Assembly (NCBI GenBank): GCA_964549305.1
Contig: CAZJVM010000001.1
Location: 46,164-110,163 of the forward strand
Direction: 5' to 3'
Source of the DNA: an uncultured bacterium
Lineage (GTDB): Bacteria > Schekmanbacteria > GWA2-38-11 > J061
Length of the DNA: 64,000 nt
The position numbers and the translations under genes were made by a program. The notes beneath the pieces are model-generated. The model searched no databases, was not told the origin of the DNA, and was given only the letters and a program-made list of their open reading frames with translations. This document shows, in pieces, positions 42,781 to 52,225 of this stretch. Each line of letters begins with the position of its first letter. The stretch's first letter is position 1.

Positions 42781-43332
42781 ATGATGGCGCGTATAAATAT
42801 TCCAAAGGTTTCTGCACCTGAAAAGGCGATGTTTGACAGAAAAGGGATAAACATTAAAACGGATTTAAGCTTAGATAATGTGGAGAAGGAGATAATAGAC
42901 TACATCTCATCGAATAACGTTCTTCATCTTGCTACTTGCAAAGACAATAATCCGCGCTCCACACCTCTTGAATACCACAGCGAAGGAATGAATATTTATA
43001 TTATCTCTGAAGGAGGAGGCAAGTTTGCGAATTTAAGGGAAAACCCGAAGGTTTCCCTTTCTATTGCATCGATTTATAAGCCACTGGAAGATTTTTTCAG
43101 TGCCAGAGGCGCCCAAATATGGGGTGAAGCGCAGGTCTGCACAAAAGAAACTAATCCCGAACTTTTTGAAGAAGGTATCAGGGTTATAAATCCTCTTGAA
43201 GTTTTAAAACAGCTTGGCATCACACAACTTCCGGAAAGTTTTAATTATAAATTGATTAAAATCATTCCCGAAAAGATTGCATATAACTATTTAAGAGGCG
43301 GTTACAGAATGGTAACCTGGTACAGAGACTAA
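42781..43332 (+). CDS. Pyridoxamine 5'-phosphate oxidase-like FMN-binding protein
   Basis: LHLATC...PRSTPLEY, GG.K..NL..NP.VSL.I, GAQIWG.A, I.PEKI. Confidence 0.82.
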   Translation: MMARINIPKVSAPEKAMFDRKGINIKTDLSLDNVEKEIIDYISSNNVLHLATCKDNNPRSTPLEYHSEGMNIYIISEGGGKFANLRENPKVSLSIASIYKPLEDFFSARGAQIWGEAQVCTKETNPELFEEGIRVINPLEVLKQLGITQLPESFNYKLIKIIPEKIAYNYLRGGYRMVTWYRD

Positions 43333-43335
43333 AAA

Positions 43336-44361
43336 ATGAAAACGAAATTCAATATTTGCTTATTTGTTTTGCTTTTTGTCCTGTTTTGTATTTTTTCTTC
43401 AGGCGCTAAAGCGAAAAAGAAAACGCTGCTGATTAAAAGTTCATCGTCAAATGTCAAGGTCGGCGGCAATCAGCAATTTAAAGCGAAGGTAAAACCTCCG
43501 GGGAAAACATTCAGTAAAGTCGAATGGAGCATCAGCGGGATATCAGGAATAGACAACGGTATAATCGATAACACAGGCGTTTATACTGCGCCGTCGTCAA
43601 TTACTTATACAGGAGTTATAACTAATTCCGACGGCACAAAAGAAGCAAAAGCTATTGATGTCAAAATTAAAGCCAAAAGCCTGAAATCAGGGGTTAAAAA
43701 TGCAAGGAAGACAATTACAGTATACACACCTCCCGCAGTGATTGGTTTGGCTATAAATCCCTCAAAATTCGATATAGTTGTGGGGAAGAAAAAGAAACTT
43801 TCATTGAAGGTCAAGAAGAAGGGTAAGGGCGCCACATCTGATGTAACGTGGCATCTCTTTGTTGACGGAAGCGAAGTGACTGACGGAAGCGCGGGAAAAA
43901 TCAAAAAAACAGGAGGCAAGATTTTCTATAAAGCGCCTTCAAAGAAAAAAGATATAACGGTGTTTATAGTTGCAAGAAGTGAATTTGACCCAACAAAAAT
44001 ATCTTCAGCAAAAGCGGTTGTAACCAAGAAAAAGCCGAAACTTGTTATTTCCGGTATTTCTCCTGTGATAGATTTCGGCACGGTTCAAATCGGAGAAGAT
44101 GTTACCGGAAGGGAAAGAACATTCTCAATAACAACATCTACGGATGAAGGTGTTGAATGGCAGGTCAGTAATCTTCCCAGTTGGTTGACTCTGGAACCTT
44201 TGCGCGATAAAACTCCTTCGACAGTAGTTTTGCGAATTTCCAGCACTACGAGTCTTAAACCGGGACCCAATCGGGGTACAGTTGTTTTTAAAAGCCAAAA
44301 GGGCGGATATAAAAAGGTAAAACTGAGGGCTTTTATCAATGCAACAGAGCCTTCCGCATAA
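43336..44361 (+). CDS. Secreted Lys-rich protein with two Ig-like domains and a BACON-like domain
   Basis: Signal peptide; QQFKAKV...VEWS...G.ID.TGVYTAP and a second copy VTW...G.I....YKAP; C-terminal W.VS..PSWLTL. Confidence 0.7.
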   Translation: MKTKFNICLFVLLFVLFCIFSSGAKAKKKTLLIKSSSSNVKVGGNQQFKAKVKPPGKTFSKVEWSISGISGIDNGIIDNTGVYTAPSSITYTGVITNSDGTKEAKAIDVKIKAKSLKSGVKNARKTITVYTPPAVIGLAINPSKFDIVVGKKKKLSLKVKKKGKGATSDVTWHLFVDGSEVTDGSAGKIKKTGGKIFYKAPSKKKDITVFIVARSEFDPTKISSAKAVVTKKKPKLVISGISPVIDFGTVQIGEDVTGRERTFSITTSTDEGVEWQVSNLPSWLTLEPLRDKTPSTVVLRISSTTSLKPGPNRGTVVFKSQKGGYKKVKLRAFINATEPSA

Positions 44362-44382
44362 TGGAAGGAGTCTTCAAGATTG

Positions 44383-45390
44383 CTATTCTTTTGATTTATC
44401 CGATTTGTGATTAAAAAATTCAGCAATAGTGCCCAAAAGGCGGTAAAACCTTAGGTTGTAAAAAAATCTTTTTTCGGCGTTGATAGAAAAAACAAGCCAG
44501 AAAGCCGGTTTTATGAATTTTTTGAACATCCATCTCGGTATTCCCCAGTAGCGCGCATATTCCTGTCTGTCGTAGTAACTGTGTTTCATTTTTGTAAATG
44601 ACGCGCCTGACTTGAAATACCATTGCTTGATATATGCCTTTGATGAACGTGATTCAGGTACGAAGTGAGATACAATCGCTTTCGGGTAATAAAGAGCTTT
44701 TTCTCCCTCTGCAAGCATCCGCCAGATGAATTCGGTGTCTTCGTGAAGTCCTCCCGTTTTCAATGACGCGCCTGATACCCCCAAATCGATGCGAAAATTT
44801 CCGTATTTTTCAAAAGCGCTTCTTCTCAGCATCATGCAGGCGCCCATGGGGTTTTTTTGTGTTCGAACAGGATAGGGTTTTACTTCTTCTCCATAATCGT
44901 GGGAGGGAAAAACCGCCTGAATAATCGCGTAACTTCCCTCAAAAACAGCCCAGAGAGGCTTCTTTTTTTCCCATATAGGTATAACTTTGCCTCCCATAGC
45001 GATAAATTCCGGATATTCATGAACGAGTTTTTTTACCATCGTCAACCATTGCTTATCCACGATTACGTCATCGTCTATGAAAGCGAGAATTTGTCCTCTC
45101 GCATTTTTAACGGATGTGTTTCTCGCAAAGGATAATCCCTGTTGAGTTTCCCGTATATATCGTACCTGAATCTTTTTGCTGTCGAGATATTTTTTGCAAA
45201 CATCGGGAGTTTCATCAGTTGAATTATTGTCAACAAGAAGAAATTCACAGTCGGGAAAACTGCCTTCCTGAGAGAAAAAAGACTCGAGGAATTTTTTAAA
45301 GCTTTCCGCCCTGTTATAAGTGCATACTATTACACTTACCGAAATACTGTCGTCGGAAGATTTATTGCCGTTAGATGTCTGCATCGTCAC
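44383..45390 (-). CDS. Glycosyltransferase family 2
   Basis: SVIVCTYNRA, VDNNSTD, GLSFARN, AFIDDD, EDTE. Confidence 0.9.
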   Translation of the reverse strand: MTMQTSNGNKSSDDSISVSVIVCTYNRAESFKKFLESFFSQEGSFPDCEFLLVDNNSTDETPDVCKKYLDSKKIQVRYIRETQQGLSFARNTSVKNARGQILAFIDDDVIVDKQWLTMVKKLVHEYPEFIAMGGKVIPIWEKKKPLWAVFEGSYAIIQAVFPSHDYGEEVKPYPVRTQKNPMGACMMLRRSAFEKYGNFRIDLGVSGASLKTGGLHEDTEFIWRMLAEGEKALYYPKAIVSHFVPESRSSKAYIKQWYFKSGASFTKMKHSYYDRQEYARYWGIPRWMFKKFIKPAFWLVFSINAEKRFFYNLRFYRLLGTIAEFFNHKSDKSKE

Positions 45391-46186
45391 CGGGAGAGCT
45401 GAAAAGTTTGGGAGGTCTCACTATTTTAGTGCTGAAATCAATAGTTTTGAAGACTGTCAGAAAAGCCCACAATGCCAATCCGGCTTTAAGCCCCAAAACA
45501 GGAGCCGAAAATATGGGAAATACGAGAAAAACCAAAGTATCTATTTCCACCGAAGAGTATCTTGCAAGCAGTCTGTGCCTGAATGCGAACATACCGATAG
45601 CGTTTCTCAATCCCTTGGGTTTCTTGTTGGATTTAACAGCTTCTTTTTTTGCGTTGAGTTCCATTTCCCAGTCATACTCGATATTGTATTTTTCCAGTCT
45701 TATCCTGTTCGATTTTCCCCATATATTCCAAAGGGCAAACCAGAAAAAATGGAAGATAATATACACCAGACCCATAATCAGAATGTTGTAATCACCGTTT
45801 AAGCGAAACTGTCCGTATGCGATTCCCATTGTAACGAGAAGCATTCTGCCCTGGTCAAGAAGAAGTTCGAAAAAAGCGCCTCCCGGAGAGCTTTTTCCCG
45901 TAAGGCGGGCAAGTTTTCCGTCTATGCAGTCGCACCAGAAAGCAAGCTCGAAAAGAATTCCGCCTGCGATAAGATATGGCTGGACTCCCTGCAGAAAACA
46001 GATAAACGAAGCGATAGAAAGACACATTCCAAAGCCCGTAAAAAAAGAAGGCGATAGTTTGGTGTAATTTGCTGACAAATAAATCAGAGGTGTTACGAAA
46101 GGATCAACTCCGAAAACCGTCCAAAATGCGTCAACATCCTTGTATGTCGATTTAACATCTTTATAGGAATATTTTATTTCAGCCAT
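45371..46186 (-). CDS. CDP-alcohol phosphotransferase family protein
   Basis: DCIDGKLARL...GAFFELLLD (family motif with third Asp replaced by Glu); several TM helices. Confidence 0.85.
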   Translation of the reverse strand: MAEIKYSYKDVKSTYKDVDAFWTVFGVDPFVTPLIYLSANYTKLSPSFFTGFGMCLSIASFICFLQGVQPYLIAGGILFELAFWCDCIDGKLARLTGKSSPGGAFFELLLDQGRMLLVTMGIAYGQFRLNGDYNILIMGLVYIIFHFFWFALWNIWGKSNRIRLEKYNIEYDWEMELNAKKEAVKSNKKPKGLRNAIGMFAFRHRLLARYSSVEIDTLVFLVFPIFSAPVLGLKAGLALWAFLTVFKTIDFSTKIVRPPKLFSSPGDDADI

Positions 46187-46187
46187 T

Positions 46188-47639
46188 TTAGTTCATATAT
46201 CCAAGACTTTTAAGTGCTTCCAAGTCCTTTTGAGTAATTTCAGGTTCGGGATTTTTGCTTTCCTTCTTTTCCAGCCATCCTAAAAACTTTCCAAATATGT
46301 TATCTTTTTCTTTTTCAATATTTTTAAGAAGAATAGATTTTAATTTACTTTCTGTTTTGTCCATTGTGCTGCCCGCGAGATTCCTTTCTTCAGAATAATC
46401 TTTCCCTATGTTATATAATTCCTTACTTAAAATTTTGCCGTATTTATCAAATGAGAGAATGAATTTCCAGTCTTTGTTTCTGATTGCCTTGAAAGAATAA
46501 ACATTTTTTGGAACGGTTTTTGGTTTGTACTGATTGAGCACCTCAGGGAAAAGATATTCTCTTGTGTATTTGTTCTTATTGGTCATAAGAGGCAAAAGTG
46601 ATTCACCGTCGAGTTTGTTTGCCACCTTTATATTGAGAATGTCGAGAATAGTGGGTGTAATGTCGATAATTGCCACCTGATTCTTGTCATTGACTATGTT
46701 TTTTGGAATTTCAGCATCGAGATTAATCGCAAGGGGAATCCTGAGGCAGGTATCATAAACTCGCCTTCCGTGCTCAAAATAATCATTATGCTCGCCGAGG
46801 CTTTCTCCGTGGTCTGCCGTAAAAATGATGAGATTTTTTCTTTTTGTGACATTTTTTTCGATTGCAGCAAGGAGTTTTCCCACATTTTCATCCATAAAGG
46901 CAATTTCTCCGTCGTAGAAATCGATGTACCGGTTAGCATTGTGTATATTTTTGAGACGCTGATATGTGGATATAAGCTCTATGTCTATATTATTCTTTAT
47001 TTTCGATTTGAACTTTTTATCATAAGGTTTTGGTGGTGTATAGGGGCCGTGAGGGTCTATAAAGTGAATCCATAGAAAGAATTTTTTTTCGCTGTTGTAT
47101 CTAATCCATTTAATAGCGGGTTTTACAAGGTTGCTTGCGCTTCTTTCTCTTAAATTTCTGTTAAGTTCCTTTTCTTCGAGTTTTTCGTCATAGACATCAA
47201 ACCCCTGATTAAGCCCAAGAAGCTTTGATTTCAGAACAACATTACTTATAAATGCAGCAGTTGTATAGCCGTAAGAATGTAGAATTTCAGGCAGTGTTTT
47301 TATGTTTTTGCTGAGTTTGTCCTTTGCATTGCGCCTTACCTTGTGGTGTGACGGATACAAACCCGTAAGCATAGATGTCATACTCGATGCCGTTTTCGGA
47401 TAAACGGTGACTGCGTGCTTGAACACAATGGATTTTTTGAAAAACTCATCGATATTCGGGGTAGTTTCCCTTTCGTATCCGTATGCCGACATATGGTCGG
47501 GGCGAAGGGCGTCTATGCTTATAATTATTACATTGTAATCATTCGCCGCCTTTTTATTTTCTTTTTTATCGGTACAGGCAAACTGGATAGCTACGAATAT
47601 AAAAACGAATGCCAATAAGTATATTTTAAAATTCTTCAC
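46188..47639 (-). CDS. Alkaline phosphatase superfamily (sulfatase-like) lipoprotein, Thr nucleophile
   Basis: GTG 47639 overlaps the upstream TGA; lipobox QFAC; ISIDALRPDH, PKTASS, HFIDPH, YDGEI, ADHGE; ends LKSLGYMN. Confidence 0.87.
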   Translation of the reverse strand: MKNFKIYLLAFVFIFVAIQFACTDKKENKKAANDYNVIIISIDALRPDHMSAYGYERETTPNIDEFFKKSIVFKHAVTVYPKTASSMTSMLTGLYPSHHKVRRNAKDKLSKNIKTLPEILHSYGYTTAAFISNVVLKSKLLGLNQGFDVYDEKLEEKELNRNLRERSASNLVKPAIKWIRYNSEKKFFLWIHFIDPHGPYTPPKPYDKKFKSKIKNNIDIELISTYQRLKNIHNANRYIDFYDGEIAFMDENVGKLLAAIEKNVTKRKNLIIFTADHGESLGEHNDYFEHGRRVYDTCLRIPLAINLDAEIPKNIVNDKNQVAIIDITPTILDILNIKVANKLDGESLLPLMTNKNKYTREYLFPEVLNQYKPKTVPKNVYSFKAIRNKDWKFILSFDKYGKILSKELYNIGKDYSEERNLAGSTMDKTESKLKSILLKNIEKEKDNIFGKFLGWLEKKESKNPEPEITQKDLEALKSLGYMN

Positions 47640-49780
47640 TGAATATAACCAAGAGACTTTAAAAGTTTTGCGCTTTCGCCGGTCATCGCGCTTTCCTTGA
47701 TTTTTGTTTCGGGAAATTCTTTTTTCCATGCTTCAAGGGTTTCAAGAAGTCCTTTTACGATTTCCGTTTTATCATTGTAAAGATTATTCTCTTCAAGGGG
47801 GTCCTTCGAAATATCGTAAAGCTCGTTTCCCCGGACATCATTTATCCTCAGACACCATTTATCTTTTATTACAGCGTATTCACGTGCATTGAGAAATTTG
47901 TATTTTGATGGTGTCTCTTTATCTATGAGTCTTCTTTGAGAAACAATATAATTCCTGCTAAATTCGCTGTCATCGCTGCCTGTTAAAATATTTTTCAGAC
48001 TGACTCCATCCGAAGAGAACTGATTTTTCTCATTTACGAGTTCAGCGATAGTAGGCGCTATGTCAACCAATCCTACGATGTTGTCAATCTGTCTGCCTGC
48101 GGGGATAACACCTTCCCACAGGAAAAACAAAGGTACGTGCATCTGACTGTAGGTAAGAATTTTTCCGTGGTCAAAAGCATATCCTCTCTGTTCCTGTATT
48201 TCTCCGAGAGTTTCTCCGTGGTCTGAAGTTACGATAAAAAAAGGCCTTTCGAGATTTGCCGGAATTTTGTCGTCAATATAATCAATAAGTTTTGAAACAT
48301 AAACATCTGTAAATCCGATTTCACCGTCATAAAGGGAAGTGATGTATTCGATTTCACTTTGAGTATAGCGTTCTTCTCTGAATTTCGCGAAACCGGGAAA
48401 GATTTCCTTGTAATATCGGTATCGCCCTTTATATCCCTCATTGAATTTTGAATTATAGGGCGCGGGAGGCACATATGAACCGTGAGGGTCCCAAAAATGA
48501 ACCCATAGAAATATATCTTTGTCAAGGTTGCGGTCTATCCAAAACTTCGCTCTTTTATAAGTGCCTGTGGCAATGTCATATTTAAACTTCTTGCCTCTCT
48601 TTGTCTTGAATTTTGAATTTGGAACACTTTTGTAATCAAAAGCGGGGAGTCCCATAAAATCCGGATCGAGAAATGCCCTGCTTGTAATTGCCCCTGTAGT
48701 ATACCCCTGTTTTTTAAACCAACTTTGCAGAAAATCAATATCTCCGTTGCTCAGCGGCATACCGTTTTTTAACAGTCCGTGAGTGCGAGGATATACGCCG
48801 GAAAGAATTGTTGTGTGACTTGGGTCCGTTGTTGTCATCTGTGAGTATGCTCGCAGGAAAACAACGCCTTTATCGGCCTGTTTCTGAAGCAAAGGGGTTG
48901 TGTCTTTCTGATAGCCATAAATTCCGAGATGGTCTGCTCTTGTTGTATCTATGGTAATTAGAATAACCCGCCTGTGGGGTTTTTCCATTTCTTCGGCATA
49001 TTTATCATTGGAAAGATATTCCGGAAAGATATACAAACCGGATAATACCACGGCGACAAGAAGCGGAATTACCGCTTTCGATGGCTTCTTCCGTAAAATG
49101 GCTTTTGGAATAAAATAAAACAGAATAAATGAGAAAATAACATACGAAATGCAGTCAAACAGCGTTAAAGGCCCGAAATGTTCGGGGGAAAGAAGGTTTA
49201 GCGCGCTTTTTGAAGACAAAAGAATACTGATAGCGATTGCCCCCGACACATAGAAGGCAAAGCTTATGGGATTTGCGGGGAGACTCTGCTTTAACTTATT
49301 TTTTAAAATCGAGATAAAAAATGCCAGTGTAATTGCCGACAATAAACTTCCAAATCCATAAGATATGATGAGAGTGCCTATCCTTGAAATTCTTTCCATT
49401 CCCGTTGCAGGCAATGGTGTGGAAAGAGTTTGTATGAGTTTAAGCGGTTCGAACAATCCGTCGCAGATACCGAGAATGACACCCCACAATGCAAAGGTAA
49501 AAAGCACGAAAAGAAATGGAAAGCTTTTCTCATTGTCACTGCGGTCAAAAAAAGACGATACATTTTTCAAAATTCCTTCAAGAGGGGATGACTTTCCGTT
49601 GAATAAAGCTTTCACAATAAAAAGAATTAAAAAAATATTAATAATTCTCGGCACGGAATTGATATTGAAGCGAACTGACAACAGAGAGAATTTCCATCCT
49701 CCCGTAAAATAGACGGCGACTGCCGCAACGGGAAGAAGGACAATAAATATATTCAAAATCTTTACAAAAATTTTCCGCAT
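47636..49780 (-). CDS. Multi-TM + sulfatase-like domain protein, Thr nucleophile (paralog 1)
   Basis: About 7 N-terminal TMs; ITIDTTRADHL, TTTDPSH, HFWDPH, YDGEI, SDHGE; ends LKSLGYIQ. Confidence 0.87.
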   Translation of the reverse strand: MRKIFVKILNIFIVLLPVAAVAVYFTGGWKFSLLSVRFNINSVPRIINIFLILFIVKALFNGKSSPLEGILKNVSSFFDRSDNEKSFPFLFVLFTFALWGVILGICDGLFEPLKLIQTLSTPLPATGMERISRIGTLIISYGFGSLLSAITLAFFISILKNKLKQSLPANPISFAFYVSGAIAISILLSSKSALNLLSPEHFGPLTLFDCISYVIFSFILFYFIPKAILRKKPSKAVIPLLVAVVLSGLYIFPEYLSNDKYAEEMEKPHRRVILITIDTTRADHLGIYGYQKDTTPLLQKQADKGVVFLRAYSQMTTTDPSHTTILSGVYPRTHGLLKNGMPLSNGDIDFLQSWFKKQGYTTGAITSRAFLDPDFMGLPAFDYKSVPNSKFKTKRGKKFKYDIATGTYKRAKFWIDRNLDKDIFLWVHFWDPHGSYVPPAPYNSKFNEGYKGRYRYYKEIFPGFAKFREERYTQSEIEYITSLYDGEIGFTDVYVSKLIDYIDDKIPANLERPFFIVTSDHGETLGEIQEQRGYAFDHGKILTYSQMHVPLFFLWEGVIPAGRQIDNIVGLVDIAPTIAELVNEKNQFSSDGVSLKNILTGSDDSEFSRNYIVSQRRLIDKETPSKYKFLNAREYAVIKDKWCLRINDVRGNELYDISKDPLEENNLYNDKTEIVKGLLETLEAWKKEFPETKIKESAMTGESAKLLKSLGYIQ

Positions 49781-49890
49781 ATCGTTAATTACTCCGAAGA
49801 GGAAAAAAAATATTGAAGGAGTGAATATTCAAGAAAAAATAAAGTGATGTCAACATAAATGTAATGGCGACCTGCACGGCAAACATATTA

Positions 49891-52008
49891 TCACAAATAC
49901 CCCAGGGATTTTAAAGCTTTTGTTTTTTCCTTTGATATTTCTCCGGTGAATGGTTTTATCTCGGGAAATTCTTTTTTCCATTCTTCGAGTCTTTTAATAA
50001 GGTCAGCTACGACATTTTTGTTTTTTGAAGATATGTCATTCTGCTCAAGAGGGTCATCCTTTATATTATAAAGTTCTGTCCCGAGCATCTCATTTGTTAC
50101 AAGAAACCATTTGTCAGTCATAACTCCGTATTCTCTTGCGTTAAGGAATTCGGTGCCTTTCATCGGTTCGGTATATAATCTCCTCTGTGCAAATGCAGTA
50201 TCTCTTTTCCAGTCAGACTGACCGAGAAGAAGTCCCGCAAAGCTTTTTCCGTCGGTTTTAAAATTTTCTGCGCCATTTGATGCGAGACTCATTATGGTAG
50301 GCGCAATGTCAACGGATTCCACTACCTGATTTAAGTCCTGTCCTTCGGGAATAACTCCTTCCCATTTCATTATTAAAGGCACGTGAATAGATCCGTATCG
50401 TACGAGTTTAGCGTGCCTGAAAGCATAGTGGTGAGTGTCCTGAATTTCACCAAGGGTTTCTCCGTGATCACCAGTTATGACAAACAGAGGTTTTTCAACT
50501 CCGTCGGGAATATTTTCCTCAAAAAAATTAAAAAGTTTTTCAATGTAAGTATCAACATAGGCAATTTCTCCGTCATAAAGCGAAGTGATGTATTTAACTT
50601 CCTCATCTGAATACCTTACGTTTTTGTCGGCGAAGAATCCGTGCTTGTCCTTTGTTCTTATGTATTTTCCCTTGTAACCGTCATTGAATTTTCTGTTATA
50701 AGGTGCAACGGGTTCATACTCGTCGTGAGGGTCCCAAAAATGCACCCAAAGAAAAATGTCTTTGTAGTAATTTTGCTTCAGCCATTTCATTACGCGTTTG
50801 TAAGTGAAATCGGCTCTCCTTGTGTTTTCTTTTCTCGGAGTAGGAACATTCACATAATCAAATCCAGGCATTCCCATTCGTCCCGGATCAAGAAACACTC
50901 TGCTGGTAACCGCGGCAGTTGCATATCCCTGTTTTTTGAACCATTCCTGAAGCGAGGGGATTCCCTTTTGCGGAAGGACTGCCGCATTCATTAGAAGTCC
51001 GTGCGTTCTCGGATATTTTCCCGTCAGTATGGATGTGTGTGAAGGGTCAGTCGTCGGTATTTGGGAATAGGCATTGATAAAACGGGCGCCTTTTTTTGCT
51101 ACCGAATCAATAAAGGGCGTTGTTTCGTAAGAGTAATCATAAGAGGACAAGTGATCCGCGCGAGTTGTGTCGATAGTTATCAGAATAACGCGCCTGTGGT
51201 TTTTATTGAGTTCGTTATTTATTGATTTTACACTCAGGTATCCGAGCGAAGGATAAATCAAAAAGACAATTAGCGATAAAAAGACAGACAACGCTGTTTT
51301 TGACATATCCCTCTTTGCTGAAAAAAGCGGTATGCAGTAAAAAATGAGAAATATCAGCACCGTAAAAACAACAATATCCCAATTCGATGGGATGATTTCC
51401 GATTTTGATTTTATTATTTTAAATACATCGGGCGCGTTGTTTAAGACAACCGTTGAAACAAGGGCGGATAATGAAAATAAAAGAAGAAGGGGGTTTTTAA
51501 ATCCTTCACGGAAGAAATATTTCTCTCCCAATATGAAAATAAAATACGCGAGCACTCCTGCTAAAAATGAGAAAGTGCCGTAAAAAAGAACCAGCACTTC
51601 TATATTCGAAAGGCGTTCGCCGTATGACTGCGATGCTGTTTTGAAATCTGTTATGTGTTGGGAAACGATTGATGAAGTTCCGTAGTTGTTCACTCCCAAA
51701 AAAATCCCCGCGAGCAAAAATATAATTACGGCATAGAAAAATATTTTTTTCGACTCCGAGTCTTTTACACAGAGATTTGCGATTGTTTCGGCAAAACCAT
51801 CGAAAGTTGACCTTGAGGGCTTAACAATAGCATAAAGAAAAAGGCAAAGCGCCGCATAGGTAAGGGGTGAAATAACCGTAGTCAAGGATATCTTTATGCC
51901 GCCTATGATGTATTTTCCCCCTCCGGAAAAATATACGTAAATTGCCGATGCAAGCAGAATAATAATGGCGGTGCTGAGTATGCCGGAAAAAACTTTTCTG
52001 AAATTCAT
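49891..52008 (-). CDS. Multi-TM + sulfatase-like domain protein, Thr nucleophile (paralog 2)
   Basis: Same architecture; PTTDPSH, HFWDPH, GDHGE; ends LKSLGYL. Confidence 0.87.
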   Translation of the reverse strand: MNFRKVFSGILSTAIIILLASAIYVYFSGGGKYIIGGIKISLTTVISPLTYAALCLFLYAIVKPSRSTFDGFAETIANLCVKDSESKKIFFYAVIIFLLAGIFLGVNNYGTSSIVSQHITDFKTASQSYGERLSNIEVLVLFYGTFSFLAGVLAYFIFILGEKYFFREGFKNPLLLLFSLSALVSTVVLNNAPDVFKIIKSKSEIIPSNWDIVVFTVLIFLIFYCIPLFSAKRDMSKTALSVFLSLIVFLIYPSLGYLSVKSINNELNKNHRRVILITIDTTRADHLSSYDYSYETTPFIDSVAKKGARFINAYSQIPTTDPSHTSILTGKYPRTHGLLMNAAVLPQKGIPSLQEWFKKQGYATAAVTSRVFLDPGRMGMPGFDYVNVPTPRKENTRRADFTYKRVMKWLKQNYYKDIFLWVHFWDPHDEYEPVAPYNRKFNDGYKGKYIRTKDKHGFFADKNVRYSDEEVKYITSLYDGEIAYVDTYIEKLFNFFEENIPDGVEKPLFVITGDHGETLGEIQDTHHYAFRHAKLVRYGSIHVPLIMKWEGVIPEGQDLNQVVESVDIAPTIMSLASNGAENFKTDGKSFAGLLLGQSDWKRDTAFAQRRLYTEPMKGTEFLNAREYGVMTDKWFLVTNEMLGTELYNIKDDPLEQNDISSKNKNVVADLIKRLEEWKKEFPEIKPFTGEISKEKTKALKSLGYL

Positions 52009-52225
52009 AAAAACTCCTCAATAACATTCTGGTTAAAAAATTCCTTTATTCTTAAAACGCAATATTGCTCCAATGTCAAGGAAGCCCCATGTTGCGCTGA
52101 GCGGCGCAACAGATATAAAAAGCGTATTGCTTTTAAATTTTATTCAGAGTATTTTAGCAATCTTAAATTTCCCTTTAAGGTCAATTAAGACAGGTTGTTT
52201 TGCTTTATAATTAAGGAATAATCAG

